Shown piece by piece: positions 29,179 to 39,580 of a stretch of DNA of 64,000 bases. The notes beneath the pieces were generated by a model. It did no database searches. It worked only from the letters and a program-made list of their open reading frames with translations, and had not been told where the DNA came from. The position numbers and the translations under genes are program-made. How positions within the stretch are numbered: the first letter of the stretch is position 1; every line of letters begins with the position of its first letter. The DNA is taken from contig JAAOMT010000543.1 of NCBI GenBank assembly GCA_016748015.1, forward strand, positions 310,001-374,000. The letters are read 5' to 3'. The DNA is from Geosiphon pyriformis uo1. Lineage: Eukaryota > Fungi > Glomeromycota.

Positions 29179-30693
29179 TTAAAGAGCATTTTTAGGACAA
29201 ACTCCCATTTTGTAGCCGAAATAGGGTCCCCAATGTGATTCTGAAATATTATCAAACTTCGTTGATACATCGTCCCCCCCTTCATCTTGATCAATTTCTT
29301 TGAGGTTACAATACTTCAAATGGTTTTGAATATTCATAATTAGTTAATAGAACATTTTAAAAAAAATGTCGAAATTCTTTCAACCCAAAATTTACCGGAT
29401 TTTCCATGAATTCTAACTTCCAACCTTCGAATTTTGGAATAAGAGAGCATTTATATACGTTAATAGGGTCTGTGTAACTCTCTGGACCCATTGTAACTCG
29501 ACAATCACAAGGGTCATTATCTAATGAAATCCAATATTCCGTTGAATGATGCATATATGGAAAAATTTGCGAAACTGGCTGGAACCTTGGAACATTGTCG
29601 TTCCTGTTTGTAATTCGAAAAACTTGAAGATTTTGATCAATAAATTTTGCGAAAGTTTGAGCTCCAATACGTGGCTCTCCGAAAGTGAAGACAGTAACTT
29701 TTGATCCGTAAGTATGTTTTAAAAAAATTCCTGCAAAAACTGCGTATGCTGAAAAATGGAAGACAAATTATAAAATGTTGCAGAATTTAAGAATCCTTCA
29801 AGACATTAATAATAATAGATTCCTACATCCACCTTCACCGTGCCCAGTTAATTTCAAATTATAATTCTTAGTTTTTCCTGACTCCATAAATCTTTTGACG
29901 ATATCTAAAAGTTTTTCCTTTCCTTTTTCAAATTTTGTAAAGGAAACTGAATCGAATATTGGAGGATCGGCTTCGTTCAGGATCTTTTTTCGTTCATTTA
30001 AATCTATTGGTTCTCCTTTGAAATATATGATTATTTCCTTAGATTGTCTTTTTGGTTGAAAGGCATAAGCTAAGAATTATAAACGAGAAATATTTAAAAT
30101 TTTTTCTTGATAACTTAAAAATCACATATCTAACCATAAAAGCCCTCAGCGAGTTTTCCAAACTCTCCTGATAAACAATACGCTTCTTGGGCGTAGAAAG
30201 CATAACTGGAAAACTCTGATATAAGCTCTTTGTCTGTCGGTTTAGATAAGAGCTTTTTATATTTTCTTTCTTTTCTCTTGTCCGATCCTGAAGATCGCGC
30301 CACTAATGATCGGGTTGGAGCAAAAATCCACCCATCATTTTTAGTAGGAAAAGATACAAGTCTTTTTACAATTGAGGAAAAGTCAAGCTTTTGGTTTTTT
30401 TGAAAAATCGGACCTGTCTGTAAAAGACTGTTTTCAATATTAGTTGATGTTACTAAATTTTCGGAAAATATTTTCTTGGATTGATACTTTTGCGAATTTT
30501 CTGAAAGCTCTTTGGAACTGTAAATAATAGTACTGGTGGGATCACCATCTATAAGAGTATTTTTCTTATTTTGCTTTATGTCTAAAAGATTGAAATTCTT
30601 TTCCAAGTTATGAAAAAAGAAAAATGTTACAATTAAAAAGAGGTACAAAAAATTGGGCTGAGGAATTTTATAATTTTTGGAAAATTGAAACAT
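29179..30693 (-). CDS. class-3 (fungal) lipase homologue with nucleophile Ser replaced by Gly (4 exons: 30693-30135, 30069-29827, 29748-29396, 29313-29179)
   Basis: GT-AG splicing restores one frame: N-terminal hydrophobic segment; YAFYAQEAYCL; IIIYFKG; LTGHGEGGSYAVFAG; VTVFTFGEPRIG; FRITNRNDNVPR; HHSTEYWI; ENPYCN; HWGPYFGYKMGVCP. Confidence 0.9.
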
Positions 30694-32752
30694 CCTGCTA
30701 AGATTTCCTAAATGATAAATTGTCTCCTATCGCGTGCTTTTTGTATGGATTTTATTTATACATATTGCTTAATTACAAACAAATCGTCTATCGTTCTCCT
30801 TTAATCGTACGAGATCAAACTTGGCCATTTATAAGAACAGCCAATTTTGCAACTCCCTCATTTTTGATTGCGAATTATTCTCATTAGTATCCCTTAATAA
30901 TGAAAGGAGGATATATATGTTCTTATTCCATATGCGTCAATTTGCATCAGTTGTTTGTTCAAAACTTTTTGAGACGAAGTTCTCAAGCTCTACCATAATT
31001 TAGGCATGCAAATCTGGTGTACCTTAAGCAATGGTTTAAAGCTGGATGGTGTTGGCATAGACGAAATATTCAGGCCATCAGTTTAGCAGAATAAAATATG
31101 GTTTCAAGGAAGAATACCGGTTGAATTTTGATTTAGAATATAAAGTTCAGGTAGTCTGTGAAAAAAATAAAGATTTTAGTCTTTTATGATTTTGGTTTAT
31201 CGATAAGAAACAAAAAGCTAAAATCTTTAAAATAACACTATATATGAATTTGAGTTTAAAAATTCCGAAAATATAATCCACCATTAAAGGTTAGCAAGAA
31301 AACGATATTTTACTGTTGAAAATTTTGCTTAGTTATGAATAAAAATACAAATCATCTGTTTTTTAATACTTAATGAACCAATTAAAAATATTTATTTACA
31401 CATTAATCAACTAGAAGTCAAAGATCTTATTAAACATTTTATGTTGTGTTTTCAAATTAAAGCAAAATATTAAAAACTTGATCAAATTACAATATAAAGT
31501 AAGTATAAGATTTGTGTGCTTTTGAATAATTCTTTAGAGTATACAAAACAAAGTATTTGTAAACATAGTGTTAGAAGATATTATTAATAGAACAGCTAAA
31601 GAAGCAATAATTAATAAAGGAAAAATAATTAAGCCTAATATAAATTGAAAAAATATAAACACAAATCAGCAAAAAACAAAAAAGACTTTTTTATTATTTG
31701 AATATTGAAAAATTTGCACAAGTAACAATATTTTATATTTAAAACTGTTTTATTTTTTTAAAATAACATTTAATGGCAAATTTATTTATTTTTGTCAAAC
31801 AAATAAGTAAAAAGAATAGCAAAAACCCAAGTAGATGGTTTTATTTGTGTAATCTTCATTAATCCTGGTAATTTTTAATAAAAAGGTGTAAACAAAATTT
31901 GTATTTGCAAACACTTGAACAATTTCATATGTTAAAAAGACAAGTTAATATTACTTTTTTTGAGTTTTCAAGTTTTTTTATTTTTGCCTTTCAATAAAAT
32001 AATTTTTTGAATGTGACAAAAAATTATATGTTTGCAAAGCAAAATTTACTGGAAGTCAATCATGTTCTTTAATCACAAATTTGAAGCTATTTTCATTCCC
32101 TTTTTTGAGGTGCCACTTATGGTGAATTACAAATCAAAAAATTTTTGTCTGGAAAATATTTGGTCTGGATTATCGCTTTTAATAATATTTCATTACGAAA
32201 GGCTAAAGAATTAGGAACCTATATTATTATCGATTTATATATCCAAAAAATTGGAGGGTCCGAGGTGTACCACTGCCGGACTTGTGGAGTTATGATGAAA
32301 ATGACGTTTGCTTGATGAATCCTTGGTCTTATCATAACCATGCGGGAATTACATATTGTTTATTATTGTCGATTATTGATGTTTGAAAATTATTAAAAAA
32401 TAATATGAATGTTTTAATGCGATAATTTCTTTTGTCTTGTTAAAAATTTTTCAATATATGAATATCATTTGGTTAAAGTATATCAACTCATTTTATTTCA
32501 TAGAGTAAATTTTTTAATTTTTTAATTTTTCTTCATTAAAGAGAATTAATAGAGATATTAAAAATAAAAAATTTATATTCTTTAATATTTATATTTCAAA
32601 TATATTAATGACTCTGTCTTTAATCGATAATAATATATACATGATTTAGTCATCTGCTATAAAAATAAAATCCTTATACCCACTCGCTCTAACCATTGCT
32701 AAATTTAAGTTAAACTTGTCATAAACTGATAAGAAATTGTTTCACAAAAACT

Positions 32753-33298
32753 TTAAAATTGATTGTCGGGAATCCTTCGCCATAAATCTAACAATACTTG
32801 CCAACTAAAATAATCAAGAGTACCAGGCGTGCATGTTCTTTCAATCTCCGAATTAAGCTGAGACTTAACCAAGAAGAGTTCTTCTTCGCCAACATATTCA
32901 CCTCGCTGAAGTCGGTCCACAATCTCCGCAGCTTCAATTATTAACATTTCTTTAGGATATCCATAGAAAAACAATTCTAAACTCTCAATAGACGGAAGTG
33001 AATGATTTGTATATCTTAAATACGGAAATTGTGATGGTAAAAACAATTTTGACCATGCTGAAGATCTCGAAGTTCGAGAACACCGAGTAGCTCCGGTAAA
33101 TGTTTTTGAAACGGGAAGTTGATTTGGTGATGGTGGTGAGGTCAGATGAACTATTGTTAATTTACTATCAGATGCATGTTTTGAGGCGAAAACTTTTGTG
33201 TTTCTGCGCAGCAGTTGAAGACTTTTTCTTACTGTTAGAAGGGGGCCTTTTTTTTCTGGTGCAAGGATGCCCTTGTTGGAATTTGATAGTGAAGTCAT
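32753..33298 (-). CDS. hypothetical protein, 181 aa, with a conserved C-terminal ~80-aa helical domain (paralogue of 48118-48846)
   Basis: Its C-terminus LPSIESLELFFYGYPKE...WQVLLDLWRRIPD aligns without gaps to 48118-48846. TATA-like TTTATAAAT lies ~65 bp upstream. Confidence 0.85.
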   Translation of the reverse strand: MTSLSNSNKGILAPEKKGPLLTVRKSLQLLRRNTKVFASKHASDSKLTIVHLTSPPSPNQLPVSKTFTGATRCSRTSRSSAWSKLFLPSQFPYLRYTNHSLPSIESLELFFYGYPKEMLIIEAAEIVDRLQRGEYVGEEELFLVKSQLNSEIERTCTPGTLDYFSWQVLLDLWRRIPDNQF

Positions 33299-34353
33299 TT
33301 TATATTAGTAGGATAGATTTTGAATCCGAAATTTGGTCTTACGAGATGGGGTGAACCTCTATTTATAAATTGAAACCTAATATTTGCTATTACTTAATCC
33401 GGAATTATGAAATCATAAGAATTTGAATTACCAACAGAAATTAATCTTTTTTTTTTTTTTTTTAATTTCAAACTACTTATTTCAATCATCCACCAAAAAC
33501 TTTAAAAGTGTTTGTTTATTAGATTATGGATTATCTTTTTTCAATTTTTGACTGGGAATGATATATCTAGTTGGAAATATTTGTCATTTCTTGGTGAAAC
33601 ATTGCTTTGTGAGATAAATTCCCACGAAGCGGGAACATTTTAATGAGCAAACAGTGTAGAAGTTATAAATAAATCAAAAAGTTGACTTGTAAAAATCTTT
33701 CCGTTAAGAGAAAAAAAAATTGTTCTTAAACTTTTCTAAAAGCTCTCAACTTCAATTATTCTTATGTAATTTGAAAAAATTCAGCTTACAACCTTTATGG
33801 AGAAATGTGATCAACTATTTAAAATGAAACCCAAAAAAGATAAAACAAGAGTTTCATAAACCCCTCTAGAATTATTATTAGGGATGTTCAAAAGGATATC
33901 TGGAAGTCAAAAGAATTTTAATTGCCATATCATGACCTCAAATACGTAAATTGAGAATTAACTATCCTAAAAGTAGATTTTGGCACATTACTTTTTCATC
34001 ATGTTTCAGCAATTTAATAATGATGTTTAGTCAATTTGCTTTTCATTTTTACTAAATTTCTTGAGTGAACAGGCTATGAAAATAGTAAACAAATAATAAA
34101 CAGTTGAGATTCAGTATTATAAATTCATTGTTTGTTTGTCTTCATTTTGATATTTGGATATCTAAAACCGTGTTATCAATTTGTGAATTCTTGATATGGA
34201 GATTTGGGGGAATTTTTTGGTTAGCCTTGTTTGTTTTTTCTATGTAAATTAATCTTGCTAGATATCAGACAACAACTCATATTAATTATGTACAAAATCG
34301 ATTTCTTGATACTTAAGCTGGGGGGGGGGGGGGGGGGTTTTTTTTTTTTAAAA

Positions 34354-34373
34354 NNNNNNNNNNNNNNNNNNNN
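34354..34373. other. assembly gap preceded by poly(G)/poly(T)
   Basis: N characters. Confidence 0.99.
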
Positions 34374-35159
34374 GGAGTTTTTTAGTTTTCAAAAATAATA
34401 AATGAACAAATAAAGGGGGTTTCACTATTAATGTTGAAAGGGTGATAAACACTAAGAGAATATATCCTCCTTGCTAAAATCAAAAGAATTAAGGATTGTG
34501 TTTTTTGAAAGTTTATGATTCTTTAAAATATTCAAGTTTTTGTTTGAATTACATATAAATTAAAATAAAACTTTCGGTGAATTATTTTTGATTCCAAAAT
34601 TGTCTCAATACTAATTACTTCAAACCATAAGTTAAGATATTCTAATCTAGTGATTCTTCTTATAAAACTCAATCTAAATGGTTATAATTTTTTCTGTATT
34701 TTAAAAATGATCAATACAAATATGCACTTTGTGAAGGCGATTAATTTTGCAAACAATTTTTTTCTGTCTTAAAATCTGTGGAAGCAAAAGAAACATTAAA
34801 TAAAGAATGAGATCCAGTTCAAAAATTCTTAAGTCTATTTCGTTATTTTTATTTATTTCAATTTTCTTAAAATGTTTTTTTTTTGTAAATTCCATTTGTT
34901 CACAAGAAATAATCAGAATCAAAAATTTCTATCCTGGTAAAGAAGTATTTTGTAGAATTCAAATTCCAATGTTTGCATACCAGTAAACCTTTTTGAACAT
35001 ACCAAGTTGACATCAAAGAAACTCGAGAATGGGATGAGACATCTTTTGGCTGATTGTATATTGTCCATTAAGACAAGTTCTTAAATCAAATTGAGGTAAT
35101 CTAAGCAAGAATTTTTGAAAAAAGTTAGAAAAACATTGTTTTATTTCCGTACATATGTA

Positions 35160-36698
35160 TCATAGACAATGTTTGCTCAATAACGAACCTTGAAATTCAG
35201 GTGGTCCATCGATCAACTCAATCTTTTGCTTTTCACACAGTTTCCTCATTTTCTGGCTCCAATCAGCACGCAGGTGTAGTTTCCGAAGATTGGGACAATA
35301 TTTAAGAAGGTCCAAAAAAACAGGCGCTCCAAATACAATAAAAATAGGCTGGTCAACTGATAAATACTTTAATGATTTAGGGATATTTTTGGACATATCC
35401 TCAAAGAATTGATTTTCATTAGAAACTTGAGTCGCACAAAAATGCAGCTCCTCAAGATGATTGAAAACAGGGAGAATGTGAATAACTAATTCCGAATTTA
35501 ACGCTCCTATATGTAGTTTATGAATGTTTTTTCCATGAGTTTTTAAGGCTTCAACAATCTCTTGAGAAACGCTTTCATCGGCAAATAAATTCGTAATACG
35601 AAAGGCTTTAAGATTCTGATTTGCCACACGCAGGACAGTATGGAATAAGTCCTTTGGGACTGAAGTCGTATAAATAGCTTCGTCGTACCATGAAAAGTAT
35701 TCTAAATTACTGAAACTCTCAGCAGCGTTACTCAGGTCGTTCACTTCAGAGCAATTCCATAGATCCAACGCTCGTAAGTTGTAGCAAAATTTGAGGGGAT
35801 CGATATCTTCTTGATTGAAGAATCTGAAGTCAACTTGGTAAAACTTTAGAATTTGAAGCCAATTCGCGACAAACATTTCAGGAAAAACAATCGGGGCTAA
35901 AGTCATAGCATCACCATCTATGCTTAAGTGGCGTAAGCGATGTTGCTTCCTTACAAGTCCTGATAGCACCTGAATCTGAGCTTCGTCAAGTTGTCCATCA
36001 TTTAGACTGCAAATATGTAGACGTGTGAGTGTATGGCAATTTTTCGACAATGTTTTGATGAAAGGAAAGTTCACAACAAAGTCACCGATATGAAATGTGC
36101 AAACATTTCGTAAAGCCAAACTTGCTTGATCCAAAAGTCTTTGATCGCTCCATTTCATTAGAATTTGGGGAAACCTATACGTTCCTAACAAAACCTTTTT
36201 GATTGAAACCGATTGTTGGAAAAAAAACCGGAACAGTTCTTGTGCCACATTATGTAAACAATCCTTCTCATTTTTACTAAAAGTTTGAGGGTTTCTTTTG
36301 CCAAATAACCATTTCCTTATGGACTCAAATAAGTATTGAACATCCAAGGTCTGCAAATATGAAGCATAAGGAAACGAAGGTGTAATAATTGTCGGAATTT
36401 CTTGTAGATTTTGACCGATGATAGATTTTATGAAATTTAAAGTGATTTCATCCATACATCCTGCATATACCGAAATGGGTTTTGACGATGGGATGTATAT
36501 TTTGGGATATGCCCAAATGATAGGAACCATCGAGCCGCACCATTGACGATTAACCAAAAGGCAAGCCAACAGCGAACGATTATCATGAATGTTTTGGAAA
36601 ATATGTTGAAGAGTTTCAGTCGGCTGTCTGGCAACGCTGCTTAAAATTGGCGCTTCTTGATTAAAAATTGGTAAACCATTTTCGTCAATAGACTCCAT
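35160..36698 (-). CDS. F-box/leucine-rich-repeat protein, 512 aa
   Basis: QPTETLQHIF...LLACLLVNRQWCGSMVPIIW F-box, FPYASYLQTL, LRRs (LRHLSI, LRALDLWNC, CPNLRKLHL); intronless; same family as 27466-28965. Confidence 0.92.
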   Translation of the reverse strand: MESIDENGLPIFNQEAPILSSVARQPTETLQHIFQNIHDNRSLLACLLVNRQWCGSMVPIIWAYPKIYIPSSKPISVYAGCMDEITLNFIKSIIGQNLQEIPTIITPSFPYASYLQTLDVQYLFESIRKWLFGKRNPQTFSKNEKDCLHNVAQELFRFFFQQSVSIKKVLLGTYRFPQILMKWSDQRLLDQASLALRNVCTFHIGDFVVNFPFIKTLSKNCHTLTRLHICSLNDGQLDEAQIQVLSGLVRKQHRLRHLSIDGDAMTLAPIVFPEMFVANWLQILKFYQVDFRFFNQEDIDPLKFCYNLRALDLWNCSEVNDLSNAAESFSNLEYFSWYDEAIYTTSVPKDLFHTVLRVANQNLKAFRITNLFADESVSQEIVEALKTHGKNIHKLHIGALNSELVIHILPVFNHLEELHFCATQVSNENQFFEDMSKNIPKSLKYLSVDQPIFIVFGAPVFLDLLKYCPNLRKLHLRADWSQKMRKLCEKQKIELIDGPPEFQGSLLSKHCL

Positions 36699-37187
36699 TT
36701 AATTTTTCAAAAAACGACAAGCTGTTGAAGAAATTAATTATGAGAACTTGTGACAATTTCAATTATAAATAGCTGATAGAAGATGGTGCTAACAGATAAA
36801 CGTTCCAGGCAACCGGTAATACAAAATCATTGAAGATCCAACAGCCAAAGTTCTGGCTTTTTATGACAAAAAAATAGTCCATGCATCATTATTTACATGT
36901 ACATGCATAACAAAGCAGGTCGTTAAAAATCGATTAGAATTTTACCAATTTTTAAAATTTTTGAGCGTTGAATTATTGGATTTTTCCAAAAAGAGTAAAG
37001 CTTCTATGCTATAGAATTCTCGCTCAAGCATCATTTCAATAAATCATTAGCTCCATATGAACTGACTTGGCAGGAATTCAATCTACTCATCAACATATAT
37101 TTATTCCAAGTAGTTAAGGTGAAAGTTCACTACGTAAAATAATAGTTTATTTTCATTCTTTATTGAAAAATTTCCAAAATTTCATCC

Positions 37188-38626
37188 ATGCTGAGGCTTT
37201 TTTTTCTGTTTATGCTCGTCACCAATTTTTTATCAAATTCACAATGTATTCGGTAAATTGTCTTGATATTATCAAAAAATTAAACCTTCAAAGATTATCC
37301 ATGATAAAGTTCTTTTTTAAAGCTTACCACTTGAACGGCATTGTGCTTCAGGCCGTATACGAAAGTATAAACCTATTCGAGAGCAAGCGAGGTTTTTTGG
37401 TGGTGAGGTAAGATTTTGAGTGTTTTGTTCAATCTTTATTATGTGTTGCTAATTAATTAGATACCTCTTACAGTTCCATTCAACCATCGAAGTCGGTGAT
37501 CCTGGACAGACATTTCATGTATTGGTAGGCTTCATTTTATCGGTTGTGTTCAAGTCATTTTTCTAAAACAGTAAAAATTATTTTCTTATACTTAGTTTGA
37601 CACAGGCTCAACTCCTATTTGGGTTCCTTACCAATCGTGCAATACCACACACGCAAAATTTATCTCTCACCTCTCGGATACCTATGAAAAAATAGGAGTG
37701 CCATGGGAAATTGCCTATGCAGATAATGATACTGCCGCTGGATTTTTTGCCAAGGAAACAATAACCATAGGCAGATGTAGGGTGAAAAATCAAATAGTTT
37801 CTTTGGCGACTGTCATGGCTGGAACCTTTGATGAGGAACCTATTGATGGAGTTTTTGGGTTAGGGTTTGGATGTTCTATTAAGGGGAAGCGTGAGTTTGT
37901 CTTGTTGGAATTTTTTAAAAGACTCCTTGAATTCTTGACAAACATTTGATATAAGTTTAATTTCTTTTCAGCCTATAGATCAATGATAGAAAATATGAAG
38001 CACCAAAATTTGATCACACAACAACGATTCGCTGTATGGTACGGAAAACATGAATCATCTCAATTCGGTGAAATATCAATTGGGGATCTGAATTTAGAGC
38101 GATTCAAAGGTCGAATAAAATACACTACGATGATACCCAACACAGCGGGAGACTGGAAGATAAAAATAGACGGAGTTTCAGTTTTAGGGCATCGTTTCAA
38201 AAAAGGAATAGAAGTAATCGTTGATAGTGGAAACGTTGGAATCGATTTACCCCAATCAGTTGTCGATAAAGTACATGAACAAATATCTGCCACGAGAAAA
38301 GATGAATCTGGTCAATGGTTTATACCCAGTATCGGGAATTTTACGGGAAGTTTTGCGATATTATTTAATGGAAAGAAGCTGACCGTTCCTTTTAAGGACT
38401 TGGTTGGTGAAGAGGTTGAAGATATGCCTGGATATTGTTGTTCATTGCTCGCGCCACAGCCAGGGGAAATTGTAAATCGAAGATTTTTTATTTTTTATTC
38501 ATTCAATTTGATAATAACCTTCGCTTTGATCCCTAGGCATATCTCGGTTCAACTTTTATCCAGAATTGGTATACAATATTTGACTTTGATAATAAAAGAA
38601 TCGGTTTCGCTAAATCTGTTCCATAA
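37188..38626 (+). CDS. secreted pepsin-like (A1) aspartic protease (6 exons: 37188-37252, 37323-37407, 37474-37524, 37596-37890, 37972-38471, 38537-38626)
   Basis: Signal peptide MLRLFFLFMLVTNFLS; propeptide IRLPLERH; IEVGDPGQTFHVLFDTGS (first catalytic Asp); flap WEIAYAD; DGVFGLG; VIVDSGN (second Asp); YLGSTFIQNWYTIFDFDNKRIGFA. All introns are GT-AG. Confidence 0.93.
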
Positions 38627-38643
38627 AATGCGGCTATCGAAAT

Positions 38644-38671
38644 AATATCATTTGAGGGGCCAAATGATATT
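38644..38671 (+). other. 11-bp stem hairpin immediately 3' of the protease stop
   Basis: AATATCATTTG-AGGGGC-CAAATGATATT. Confidence 0.6.
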
Positions 38672-38880
38672 TGATAAAGTAAATGATTAAATTGAAAGGA
38701 TTCTCATTTTGCTAATATATATATACATACTTTATATTCTTTAAATCCGGTTTAATTATAAATTTGGCTAAATCTGTATCATTCACAAGTGATATTTGGT
38801 TTGAAGAAATATTGTCGCCATTTCTATAAGTTGTCCGAAATTCTAGAGGTTTTCAGGTATTTGATCAATACCCATTATAA

Positions 38881-39580
38881 GTGCAGTAATAGTTAGAAGT
38901 CTTATTTTAATTTGTCCTTTAAAAGGTTGTAAATTTCTAAAGATTATTCAAAAAATTTTAGTTTTTTTTTGTTGTACAAGAATTGAAAATTCAGAATAAA
39001 ATATCCAAATATTAAAAATTTCAATGGTTTTTAAAGTTTTCGCTCGTAAAAAATATATAGTTCATCAAAATTTGATTTAGAAACTGAAATGTAATCAGAG
39101 AGAGAATTTGAACAATTTATAATAGAGATAATTACGAAAAAAGAATTGTGGATAAAAGATTAATAGTCAATTTTACACAATTAATGAATTAAAAAACCAA
39201 GCAAATAATGTATCTAAATTAAATGTTAATCCTAGACCCTGCCTGGTTTCTTATAGAGCGTGCTCCAACCAAACCAGACAAAGTGAGCATGTGAAATAAA
39301 ACAGTCATGAAAATTAAAAAATTAAAAATCTCCTTCCTTACCATATTCATTCATCTTGAATGGAGTTGCGGGTAACCAATTCTGGTTTTACGACTAAAAA
39401 GATTTTGTTTGCAAGGTTGTATCTTATGTAATTGGCATTGCAGCAAAAAGGAGAAAGTGGTTGGTGGTCAGATGAGAGAATGATGGAAGCCCTGAAAAGA
39501 GCATTGTTCACCATCGCATTTGCATCTTTTTCTTTTGTGGTGTGGTTGATTCTTCTTGCTGGCCACCAAAGATGAACAAA
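38881..39580 (+). repeat. dispersed repeat block, copy 1 (modules A 38881-39004, B 39003-39207, C 39208-39290, D 39271-39580)
   Basis: Each module has a clear homologue in 47253-48060. Confidence 0.85.

Noticed and set aside
32289-32340. GTTATGATGA...TTATCATAAC stem with ATGA, suggesting SECIS or a C/D snoRNA
   Set aside because: No helix II pairing or 3' GA quartet partner, no terminal CTGA box D, and no in-frame TGA gene nearby.
38060-38293. antisense or alternative-frame ORFs within real genes (also 33100-33354, 36437-36634, 58177-58437, 61303-61560)
   Set aside because: Shadows of the supported CDSs.
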